Origin: Azolla caroliniana
Taxonomy: Eukaryota > Plantae > Polypodiophyta
Reading direction: 5' to 3'
Assembly: GCA_043228905.1 (NCBI GenBank)
Contig: JBHGNT010000021.1
Span: forward strand, 8,370,001 to 8,434,000
DNA: 64,000 nucleotides
The notes under the pieces are model-generated. The model had not been told where the DNA came from, made no database searches, and worked only from the letters and a program-made list of their open reading frames with translations. Every line of letters starts with the position of its first letter. Position 1 is the first letter of the stretch. Both the position numbers and the translations under genes were made by a program. Of the stretch, positions 14,284 through 25,792 are shown piece after piece.

Positions 14284-16458
14284 TGTGTTCAATATTCTCC
14301 GGTGCGCGACCGGAATCATTCTGGTTTGCACCACAGCCAGTGTAGCCGGTACCGGAGAGGGTCGGTCTCCCGGCATCCATCTCTTCCTCGTTCGAGATCC
14401 CCGTGGTCCCGCCCCGGTCAACACGTACTCGCGGATTACCGTAACAACGGTCGATGGTGAGAAAGCGTATTGGCTCGTACTTTATCGAACACATCGGCAT
14501 AATGACGATACTCCTCTAGAAGTTAAATGGTGGACTCCTCTTTATTGATACTGGAGGGGTTTACTGATATTGCGAAGAGAAACATTTCTTCCTTGTGTCC
14601 TTCGTCACGCAACTGATGTAGCGAAATGGTTGCAATCTTATGATTAGATCCTCGGGTTTGTCGACACCATATTTCTCTTGTTCTCCAATCTATGGCTGGG
14701 TTATGTAATTCAAACCATGGTAATCCCAAAACAATGGGATGTTCTGGGATATTAATTATATTAAATGATACTACACACGCTAAGTTATCTAGGACAATAT
14801 TAACGGGTTCTGACTCTTCTATAATATTTCTTGAAGCAATGGGATGACCATCAATGACTACTACAGAGGCTCGACACGGGATATTTTTTAGGGATATCTG
14901 ATGAGCTTAGGCAAAATTCCTATCCATGAAGCAAGAGTTGGCTCCGGAATCTAAGAGTGCTAAGACATGTACTAGAGGAGTACTTTTAGTACTAACCATT
15001 ACTTGAGCTAAGAACACATTGCTAACTTGCTTAGAGGAAATGGAACCACTAATGGGCTGCTCACCTCTAGGGCTCCTATTTTGGCTAGACTTCGTCGTTT
15101 AACTCTTCTTCTAACTAACTAAGGACATCAAATTTGTTTGATTGATTTGGGCTATTAGCACTATTAATACTATAAGATATTCCTACTGAAATAGACTTGG
15201 GTTTAGTACAATTAGAACTAGCAACTATTTGGTTCACCTATCTTCTTGGCCTATGGGGACAATTCATTACAATATGTGTTGGTCCACTGCAACAAAGACA
15301 TAGTTGATTTGCTCGGCGTCGCTACTTTTCTTCTTCCGATAATGGTCCGTGATGACGTGTAGTGTCAATTTCCATCGGAGTTGGAGTATTCACTAGAGAC
15401 ACATTATATGATTCCCTTGGAAAAAGTTTTGCTACCACTAAGGCGTAGGTGGGTTCTGATCTTGCCCTTGGCATCTGGAACTAACGTTCTGAACATCGTT
15501 CGAAAAGACGATTGTCACATCTCACCGCGCGACTGATTGCTTCTGTCAATGACTTTGGTTCTTCGGGGAAGGTCAAGAGTAAATCCTCGACATCGTTATG
15601 TAGACCATAACGAAATTGGTCCATAAGTGCTTGGTCATCCTAGGGGATATCGGAGGCGAGTAGGCGGAAATCTGCAGCGTATGCGGAGGCTGGACGATCA
15701 CCTTGACGTAATCGTCAGATTTTGTTGATTGTTGTCCTTATGTTGTTAGTATCTCCAAAACATGCTTTAAACTCACTTAAAAACCTCAAATTTGTTTAGT
15801 AAAGGAGATTCCTTTTCTAACAACGGAGCGAATTATGCCAAAGCTGAGCCACTTAACAACATGCCTACTAAACCCACTCGTGATGCATCGGTCGGATATC
15901 GGGAAGGATGCATTTGAATGACTAATCGTACCTGATTAAGGAATCCTCTAAACTACGACTGCGTTCCATCGAATTTCATGGGAAGGCCGATCTTGGGTTC
16001 TTTATGAACCCCTTGCGTACTAGGTCCTTGTTGTTGCATCACGACTATGGTTGCTTCGAGCTGTTGCACGCGTAACACTAGTTCCCCATGTTGTTGTTGT
16101 GTCTGCTGCTTCTCTAAGGAGATTTGTTGAAGCTCCCCCAACAGTCGTTGATTTTCTTGTTCCAATGCATGAAACTTCTCTTTCAAGCATTGCAACTACA
16201 AAAAAACGGATTGATATTCTTGGGCGCTAATAGTGGCCATAGTATGAGAGAAAAGAGGAATACGAGATTAGTATGAAGGGAGGGAGAAGTAAGAAGATAA
16301 AGGAAGAGAAGAAAGGAGAGAAATCGGTTCAAACTATCAGGAACAGTACTAAGACAGAAAAGTATTGTCAGGAATAGTACTGACATAGAAAAGGAATTAG
16401 TACTAAAAGATGAGGATTAGACCTAAGGGAGGTGTAGAACTCTTGAAAGAAGGAAAGA

Positions 16459-16494
<36 letters not shown>

Positions 16495-16790
16495 TGATAA
16501 CAAAAGATATATATTATGTTGAGAGAATATACAATAGTAGCTAAGAGGCTTAAGACTGGCGTTGAACCAATTTGGTTGGAAATAGTGCCTTGTGCCTCCT
16601 TTTATAGTGTTCTTAGGAGTACTCCTGAAGTTTCTCGAATGTTCCAGAGAAATCTAGAATATACATCAATTTTCTATAGTAAAACTTAAATGAAAATAAT
16701 ATTTTTCGTATTACAATATATAGTCTAATGGTTAAGAGCTCGACCCATGTAACATAAGGTCATGGGTTCGAGTCTTGCCATATCATGACA
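8421..16790 (-). mobile_element. Ty3/Gypsy chromovirus complex with three LTRs (8421-8866, 10275-10707, 16335-16790)
   Basis: Three homologous LTRs of about 440 bp. Complete but decayed gag-PR-RT-RH-INT-chromo at 16200-10710, and a second INT-chromo copy at 10274-8867. PPTs next to 8866 and 10707. TSD gccac/gctac. Confidence 0.9.
13572..14446 (+). mobile_element. Solo LTR of an unrelated family inserted into chromovirus pol
   Basis: tgtcg...taaca ends, TATAAAA at about 13772, (CT)n tract. Flanked by atgg/acgg, and removal restores the host HRPYDC frame. Confidence 0.8.
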
Positions 16791-19700
16791 GCTACGACAT
16801 TGAGGATGTTATTTGTAAACGACAAGGGAAAGGTGTTTGTTTGTGATCGTAACTACATTCAATTTGCGATAGTAGACACAAATGCGGATTTTGCCGTTTT
16901 TCTTTGGTACGACCACGATCGGGCTAAGCCATGTGGCTTGTTTGACGGGTTGAATGAACCCGATTTTTAAAATCTTATCGATTTCTTCCTTTACTCGTGC
17001 CGCGTAATTCAGGTTCATGTGATAACGTCGTTGCTGAACTGGTTTTGTGTCCGTTGCCAATTTAATTTGATGTTGGTGAAACTTCAGGTCCAGTCCCATC
17101 ATGTCATCATATGACCACGCAAACACGTCTTTATGCTCCCGTAATAAGTCAATCATTGCGACCCTTTCGGCAGGCGTCAGGTCCTTTGCTATGGACAACA
17201 TTTGTGGTGGCTCGAGCATCCCTACATCAATCTCCTCCAAGGTTGACGTTGTGACCCATCGAGAGATCTCCATTTATTGATCAAATGCTTCATGCACCCT
17301 GCTCAGGTCCAACAATGATTCCCGGTCTGGTTTGTACTCCTCCTTATCTGATGCGGCCGACGCGATGTATCCGTTAGCTGTCTCTAGGACGTCTATCTCG
17401 AACAACGATATTATTCGTGGATTTTCTTCTAGGTACACCTCGAGTTCTATTTCGTCTAGCCCTTCCATCATGTTGACCTCTTCAACATATAGTGGTGTTA
17501 TCGCTTTTGTGAGTGATGTAGTCTCCTACATCAACACCCGAATCTTGTCACGGCCCCGACGGAAGCTAATACTGTTAAACTACTAGTTTTGCTTGATATT
17601 AACGGATTGTAACCATGGGTGACCTAGCAAGATAGGGTATGCGCTAGGAGCGTCGAGAGCTAGCACAACGACTGCAATGTCAAAGGCATCGCCACCTATC
17701 ACGATTTTTAGTTTTTAGACCAACCCCAATGGTTTGACGGAACGGGTATCCGCCATACAGAGCCAAAATGGGCATGCTTCCCATTCTGTAATGCCGAGAT
17801 GGCTACACATCGCCTTATTGCTCACGTTTAGCCTAGAACTGCCATCGATAATGCAGTTGTTGACTTGCTGGCCTTGCAGAACCACCTTGATGGTTGGGTT
17901 GTGTTGATCAACAACGGTTGGCTCTGAACTAGATGTCGTAAAATTTGTCGGAATTTCGACTCTATCCATGCCCCGGATTCATGTTTCCATGGTATGCCGG
18001 AATCAGGGAACCAAGTTCAATAATTTATCCATTGTTAGAGTAATTTCACAATCGGTAAGTGCTTGCCATATCGGATCCGCAATAGGTTTCGTTTCTTGTT
18101 TGTGGGCGGACGAAGTAGCGTTTGCCGACTCCTAGCGCATGCGTTGCACATTGGCTTCATTTGCCTTCTCCACCCAAGCTTCATGGATCTCGACTTGCTC
18201 CACCCATTTCGTGGTTTTAGCCTTATTGCAGGTTGTAGTGGCGTTTGCCGACTCCTAGCGCATGTGTTGCACATTGGCTTTATTTGCCTTCTCCACCCAA
18301 GCTTTCACAGCTTCACGAATCTTGTCCTATTCCGCCCATTTCGTGGTTTTGGCCTTATTACGGGTTGTGACTTGTTGGACTTCCGCGTCCGTCGTGATGG
18401 TGTTCACAGCTGACCCTTTCCCCTTATCACATCATGGGTATTGAGTCGCGTACTATCCTAGATGTTGGTAAATAAAACAATGAACATGGACTCGCCTTTT
18501 TCAACGACTAGGGGTGCCACCGGCTCGGTTGGTGGCGCCTGTTCTCCCGAGATCGTTGGTAACGCTTGTTGTTACGAGGTTTCTGTCAATAATCGCAATG
18601 ATTATCGTGGCCACACTCCTCTTTCAAACTCTCGTCATGGATCCGCTGATTTCGTGATTGTCGGTTTTCACCGAATGGACGTGCTTTGGCTTGACCACCG
18701 CGATTATTAGTGGGATGTTGGTTGTCGTAGCGTCGCCCACGTCGAGAATTATAGAGTTCATTTCTTGGGTAGTCCTCCTCTGAATATGGATCATTGTCGT
18801 GGTGAGGACGGTTGGGATGGCCTGAACGATTATTGCGCTCCAAATTCCGGTAACGCTCTTCTTGTTGGCTCTGATCGTGTTGTCGGTGAGGGCAATGCGG
18901 CTCAATACGGCATAGTGGTGCGACAGGGCAATTTAACATATTATACTCACATTAGTCCACCGTATGCACAGGGGAGTGGCAGATAGGGCAGTGGGCCCAC
19001 ATGTTGCACTTGACCATGAAATGTCCCGGATTCAAGCATATTGTGCACTGTACAGCCTACATAAAATGATAGTCCTCCTCCTGTGTAGTGCTTGTCGTAA
19101 TGATGCCATGGACATAACATCATCTTCGTCCTCAAGTTCTATCTGCAAAGCCCATTCAATGCCATGTCCGTTGTTTTTCCCATAAAGTTCTGCAATCCCA
19201 ACGTCATTCACAAAGGTCGGCGGAAGGTAGCCAAGAAAGTTTCTTTGGTCTCGTCTTTCGTGGAAGCTCTCTTCAATTGACACCTTAGATTCTGGAACCA
19301 TAGGCTGAAATCAACGACAAACTCTTGTTGGAGCTGTTGAATAGAGTAGAACTATCTGATAATTTCACATTGCGGAATGCTTCGGTGAAAGAAGCATAAA
19401 ATCGCCGACTGGAGTTGGTCGAAGGAGGTGAAAACCGCAATGTTGAGCTGGGCATGCCAACAGGCAGCACGTTTGTCAAGGGTCAGACCAAACTCCACGA
19501 TCTTGGAAGTGTGAGCTTCAGCTTCTAAAAGCCGTTGCGACACATGGTTTGCGTTCCACACATTTAGGAACGATCGAGCATGATCTTCGACATTGGTGTC
19601 GCCATTGAAACGAGGGTATGAGAAGGCCATCACAATAGATTGACCAAGACTGAGGCAAATATTGCCGACGCAGTGTGGAGAGGTTTGTGGTGTGTTGGTG

Positions 19701-20899
19701 GTTTCGCTAGAATAGTGGTGAAGAGGGGATAAGAAGTCCTGCTCAATCAGTGAGCGTTGATTTGAGTGTATTTTCTGAGAGTGTCTGAAAGTAGTCGTTG
19801 AGATGTGTTTTTTGCGCCACGCGTTCCTCTGCCTTCCAAGTTACAGACCGGGTCTGTGGTTTATCCTAACGAATTGGTTCTCTGGTACGTCGATGCCTAG
19901 ACATCCATTCTCTTATGTTTGGCTGTAACGATCACAATTCACCAAGTGTGCCAAAAGTGTTACCGGCTAAGGTAAACAAGGCCTACCATGAGTCCTTCGG
20001 GGCACGACTCAAGAAGATTATGGTGCAGGAAATGGAGAGCGGGACACGGTTCTCACGAACGGTTGTGAACATAATGTGTAGTTGTGCATAAGCTTATGGG
20101 AAGGGAATTAGGACAATGGCTAAAACCGATCTCCTTCGCACAATGTGTCACCCTTACACAGATTCTCTTACACAATTAATCACGCACAGAGATTTCGCAA
20201 ACAAAGAGAAAAGAGAAAAGAGAAAAGAGATTCGGGACAACACAGCTATATTTCAGAGAAAAAATACGCTAGCTTTTACAGGTTTCCCATGCCCTTTATA
20301 TATAGGGTCGTGTTCGGTTATGCTTGAAGCGTGAACCATTACAATGTTCACAATACTTCAATTTAACATTACGCTTCCCTCATCATTATGCTTCTTAACT
20401 TTCTGACTCCATGTCTTCGCCCTGTTCTATTCTTTCCCACTAGGCCGACTTCGGCGGACAAAAGGAGACGCAATTGCAGAAGATCGGCCGGTAGAGGAAA
20501 ACTAAGGCCTGTCGCCTGAGGTCAACACGGACCTGGTGTAAGCTACCGAGAACTGGACAAGACGACCCGTTGTTGTAGAAATTCCGGCTGCTAGAGGAAT
20601 GGGGGAAGGGGGGGGGGGGGGGGTGGCGAATGCGTGTGAACGAAGGTGTGTGTTGATGCATTCAAATATGCCTCTATGTATAAACACATGTAAATAACGT
20701 AGGACTAGTAAGTGCTAGGGACTAGGATTTAATAGCTACTTTAAAGTTCAACATGGATAGAGTGGAATACGGGAGTTTGACGCGAGGAGATCGAGGAAAA
20801 TCTCTGTCCGAAGCGGCCAGTTTAACTACCTGATGTAACAACCCACTCTCTCCTTGGCCTATAAAAGGAGGGAGAGAGGACTGAGGAGGGGTCCGCGTT

Positions 20900-23800
20900 T
20901 TTGGACAGGGAAGTGATGCCGGTTTGGGTCATGATCTCTCTGTGTGGGTGTCTTCGTGTTTGGTTCGGATTGGAAGCCTCTGATCGCATAGGAAGCCCGT
21001 GCGCTCCTGACAGAGGCTCCTCGTTGAATCAATATGTGTGCCTGTGAGTGTGTGTGGGTGGGAGTGGGTTGTTTTTTGGCGAGCGCGCAACTCTATTACC
21101 ACTGTCGCAGAGTTTCGCGTGCGTGTGTCGCTCGAACGGGACCACAGGGGCCTTGGACCGGGGAGACGACTAGTGAGGAAGAAGGAGATTAAGACAAACA
21201 CATGGGGAAATATGTAACATAAGTTTTGATATAAATTAGGGTTATTTATTTATTTTTTTGCAATTCTTAGGCTTGACACCACGATTTCAGTGGTTATTAC
21301 AATAATCAATTATAAATAAACCGGCGAAGGTGAGTCTAGTGGGCTCCGAGTTTGACTACTTCCGACGGCTATGTTGCCTCGATTCGGACCACCCTTCCAC
21401 AACGGACCACCAAGTTGGCTACCATCGAGATGCCGAAAAAGCCATTGTGGAAGGAATCCAAGCCCTAAACTCTCTTGAATAAGAAGTAGACTAGAATCTA
21501 AAGTCATAAACCCTAAAACTCATAAGAAAGAAGAACCCTAGATGCTCAAAAGGAACATAAACACCCTAAACCTCGAGTTCTCTAATATATTGAGGAGAAA
21601 GATAGAAAAGTAGAAAGAAGCTCTCAAACCCTAACCCTAGAAGGAGAAGATGAAAGAGAAAGTGATAAGGAGAAAGGGAGGCTACCAAACCCTAAAATCA
21701 AGAAGAGGAGGAGGAGAAGATGAAACCCTAGCGGTACACCCCTACGGCAAAATTGGTGACCCTCAAATAAGCCTTATTGCTCCTCTCTTATAGAGGAAAG
21801 AGGAGCTTATTTTAACATTACGTGCTTTTTCTTTCTTTCTTTATCACAAAAATGGAAAGGAAGCAAAATGATTTGTAGAAAGAGAGACTCGAACTCTACA
21901 CATACTTATAAGGCTTAACCACTAAGCGACTACAGGTTACTTATTGTTTTTTTTATTTATTGTTTTTTCTACCTTATTACATGAGATGTGCGTGGAACCA
22001 CACGCCACACCATGACATCCACCCCCACCAAACCGGACATCCTTTGGCATGTATGATGTAGCGGGGCCAAAGGTTGTCAACCTTTGTTTTTTTGTTTTTA
22101 TTTTCTTCGTTGCGCCTTGCCCTCGTGAAATCCACCATCATCTTCGACATCATCTCCATGAAATCTTCTTTGTTTGTATCCGTCCTCCCCTACCGCTCTT
22201 TCACGTCGGGTTCACCAATGTCGCTAAGTTTCGCGTGCGTGTGTTGCTTGAACGGGACCGTCGGGGCCTTGGACCGGGGAGACACAAGGGGTGAGGAAGT
22301 GGGAGATTCGCCACCACAATTAGCAAATGTTTAAGGAGAATACGCACGAGGTTTAGGGTTCTTATGTTCCTTATGATCGTGTAAGGTTCTTCTTTCTTAT
22401 GAGTTTTAGGGTTGTGAGTTTTGCATCTACTTGTGAGTTAGGGTTTGGGTTTGGGTTCCTTATACGATGACTTCTTCAAAATCTCGATGGTGGTCAACTT
22501 AGTGATCAATTGCGGAAGGGAGGTTGTAGTGGTACGAGTGCTACTCCGAATCGAGGCAACATAGCCGTCGGAAGTAGTCGAGCTCGGAGCCCACTAGATT
22601 GGCCTTCATCAGATTATTTTCAGCCCCTTGTGCGTTGATTAGGGGTTTTTGAATAATGATGAAACTATTTCTATGAAAAAGAATCACCTAAATCGTGGTA
22701 TCTAACCTAACCGTTGTACAAACCCTAATTTTTGCAACATAATTCTTGTATATTTTTGTCTACATTTCTCCCTAACCTCGTGCGTATTCTCCTTAAACAT
22801 TTGCTAATCGTGGTGGCTAATCTCCCACTTCCTCACCCCTTCTATCTCCCCGTCCAAGGCCCCGGCAGTCCCGTTCAAGCGACACACGCACGCGAAACTT
22901 AGCAACATTTCATATCGGGTTCACCAATGTCGCAGAGTTTCGCGTGTGTGTCGCTCGAGCGGGACCACCGAGGCCTTGGACCGGGGAGACAAAAGTAGTG
23001 AGGAAGAAGGAGATTAAGACAAAGACATGGGGAAATATGTAACATGAGTTTTGATATAAATTAGGGTTTTTTTTATATTTTTTTATAATTCTTAGACTTG
23101 ACACCACGATTTCGGTGGCTATTACAATAATCAGTTATAAATAAACCGGCGAAGGTGAGTCTAGTGGGCTCCGAGTTTGACTACTTCCGACGGCTATGTT
23201 GCCTCGATTCGAAGTAGCTCTCGTGCCACTATAACCTCCCTTCCACAACGGACCACCAAGTTGGCTACCACCGAGATGCCGAAGAAGCCATTGTGGAAGG
23301 AATCCAAGCCCTAAACTCTCTTGAATAAGAAGTAGAATAGAATCAAAAGTTATAAACCCTAAAACTCATAAGAAAGAAGAACCCTAGATGCTCATAAGGA
23401 ACATAAATACCCTAAACCTCGAGTTCTCTAATATGTTGAGGAGAAAGATAGAAAAGTAGAAAGAAGCTCTCAAACCCTAACCCTAGAAGGAGAAGATGAA
23501 AGAGAAAGTGATAAGGAGAAAGGGAGGCTACCAAACCCTAAAATCAAGAAGAGGAGGAGGAGAAGATGAAACCCTAGCAATACACCCCTACGGCAAAATG
23601 GGTGACCCTCAAATAAGCCTTATCGCTCCTCTCTTATACAGGAAAGAGGAGCTTATTTTAACATTACGTGCTTTTCTTTACTCACGCGCTCTTGTCTACG
23701 CCCTTCTTAAGCGTGGCACAACTTTGCTTTTTTCTTTATGTCTCTCGCCCTGAGTTTCAAAATGATGATTTTTCGTTACCATGTCATAGACTGCTTTGTT

Positions 23801-24710
23801 AGCTTCGATTCATATGTTTGAACACAAAAATCCGATATCACACGAGCCAACTATGAACATTTCATTTACTCACGCACTCTTGTCTACGCCCTCCTCAAGC
23901 GTGGCACAACATTGCTTTTTTCTTCATGTTTCTGGGCTTGAGTTTCAAAATGATGATTTTTCATAACCATGTCATAGACTGATTCGTTAGCTTCGATTCA
24001 CATGTTTGAACACAAAAATCCGATATCACACGGGCCAGCTATAAACATTTTCATTTAATCGCACACTCTTGTCTACGCCCTCCTCAAGTGTGGCACAACT
24101 TTGCTTTTTTCTTCATGTCTCTCGCTCTGAGTTTCAAAACCATGATTTTTCAAATCCATATTATAGCTAGCTTCGTTATCTTCGATTCGCATCTTTGAAC
24201 ACAAAAATCCGATATCCCACAAGCCAACTATGAACATTTTCATTTACTCATGCGCTCTTGTCTACGCCCTCCTCAAGCGTGGCACAACTTTGTTTTTTTC
24301 TTCATGTCTCTTGCCCTGAGTTTCAAAATCATGATTTTTCAATTCCATATTATAGTTAGCTTCGTTAGCTTCGATTTGCATGTTTGAACAAGAAAATTCG
24401 ATATCACACGAGCCAGCTATGAACATTTTGATTTACTCACACGCTCTTCTCTACGCCCTCCTGAATTGTGGCACAATTTTGCTTTTTTCTTTGTGTCTCT
24501 CGCCCTGAGTTTCAAAACCATGATTTTTCAATTCCATATTATAGCTATCAAAATGGAAGGGAAGCAAAATGATTTGTAGAAAGAGAGACTTGAACTCTAC
24601 ACCTCTCTATATATACTTATAAGCCTTAACCACTAAGCTACTACAAGTTACCAATTGTTTATTTATTTTTATTGTTTCTTCTACATTATTTCATGAGATG
24701 TGCGTAGAAC
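20900..24710. repeat. Unclassified complex non-coding repeat with direct and inverted copies
   Basis: About 21100-21995 recurs at about 22925-24710. 22220-22352 is inverted at 22777-22908. 22350-22620 is an inverted copy of about 21320-21575. Many AAACCCTA motifs. Confidence 0.7.
23678..24546. repeat. Tandem repeat, unit about 188-189 bp, about 4.6 copies
   Basis: ttactcacgc(g/a)ctcttgtctacgccctcctcaagcgtggcacaa recurs at about 23678, 23866, 24055, 24244 and 24433. Confidence 0.9.
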
Positions 24711-24719
24711 CTCGCTCTT

Positions 24720-25792
24720 TCTCATAGTGCACACACCAAACCACGACACCGGGCAGGCCGTACTCTGTATATTTTGATCTATTTATTCGATCGTTACCTG
24801 TGCGTCTTCTTGATTCGGGTTCTCTATCTCTGTTTCCATTCATTCGATCGCTATTTGGGTATCTCTTGGGTTCAGGTTTCTCTCGGTGTCCTAATACCAT
24901 CACACTGGCTCTGAGATCCTCCAAGAGGGACAGAGCATGGTCGCATCCGGGTTGCCATACTCGTTATTAAATACCCGGAGACCGACCAACAAACCATGAC
25001 AATCTCTCTTCTCACTTCCTGCACTCCTTGGTCTAGGGCCCCCACAGTCCCGCCTAAGATCCTACACGTGCACGCGGAATACCACGACATCTTGCTGAAC
25101 CCGACGTGCAAGTTGGCAAAGGAGTCTGAAGATGAGGGGAAGCGAGTTGGCAGAGGCGATGGCGGCAGCCGTCGACTGCATAGTGAATGTGCGGGAGGGT
25201 ACAGGTTACCCTCGATAGGGCTATTGAAATGACAGTCGGAACGATAGTTCAGTTCAAGGAGGCCTACAAGGTGGAAATGATAATGAGGGATATTTCGGAA
25301 GAGCGGTGACTCTCCGGATTCACACAAGTGGTGATGTCGAGCATCCACACGGAGGTGCTTGAGGATCTCTGTTGTTTATCAAGTCAGTCGACAAAGAGGA
25401 TCGGGAGAAGGTAGGCCTTCTTCTCGAGACCGATGAGGGACTTAAGGCCGATTGGGCCGTGGTAAAGGGGGTTTGTGGCCGCTTCGACAAACGGCGGGAC
25501 TAGACGAACGAAGGGGCGACCGTGGCCGTGCCGACGGTACACAAGAAACACAGAGAGGTTGCTTTGGCGCGACCAGAAGAGACAAGGCGGTGGCTGGAAT
25601 CGGGAACAGTTCCAGCTACCATGGTTGGCGGGCTGGCCAGGGCGCAACGCTAGAAGAGTTGACCGAGATGGCGCGGGATCTCCAATTGCACAAGCACGAA
25701 GGGACATCGGAGGCCCGTCACACGAGTGAAGGCCGACCTTAGAGCAAAGGTGCATGTGGTGTGACGGCGTCGGCCATGACCAAAAGAACTGT
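24720..25792 (+). mobile_element. Gypsy-like LTR end plus decayed gag fragment
   Basis: Zinc knuckle CMWCDGVGHDQKNC encoded at about 25751-25792, preceded by gag-like sequence. Possible LTR end and PBS near 24904. Confidence 0.55.

Larger units (their letters stand above)
6050..20400 (-). mobile_element. Decayed non-chromovirus Ty3/Gypsy (Tat/Athila-like), split by the 8421-16790 insertion; 5' LTR starts at 19958, its far end unresolved
   Basis: Gag about 19633-18500, protease IIDGSS (about 17850), RT (WLSPIVVVPKKNGKIRIC | VAGHEMY..GFSGYN; QVFLGDFAVY), RNase H (VFLDASDIAIG), integrase (IISDQGSHF, YYPQANGLAE). PBS tggcacacttggtg at about 19940-19953. Confidence 0.85.

Noticed and set aside
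16715-16786. Functional tRNA gene
   Set aside because: A and B boxes are present, but there is no convincing acceptor or anticodon stem and the sequence is part of an LTR. Reported only as tRNA-like.
21480-23580. Interstitial telomere array
   Set aside because: The AAACCCTA motifs are isolated, not tandem.
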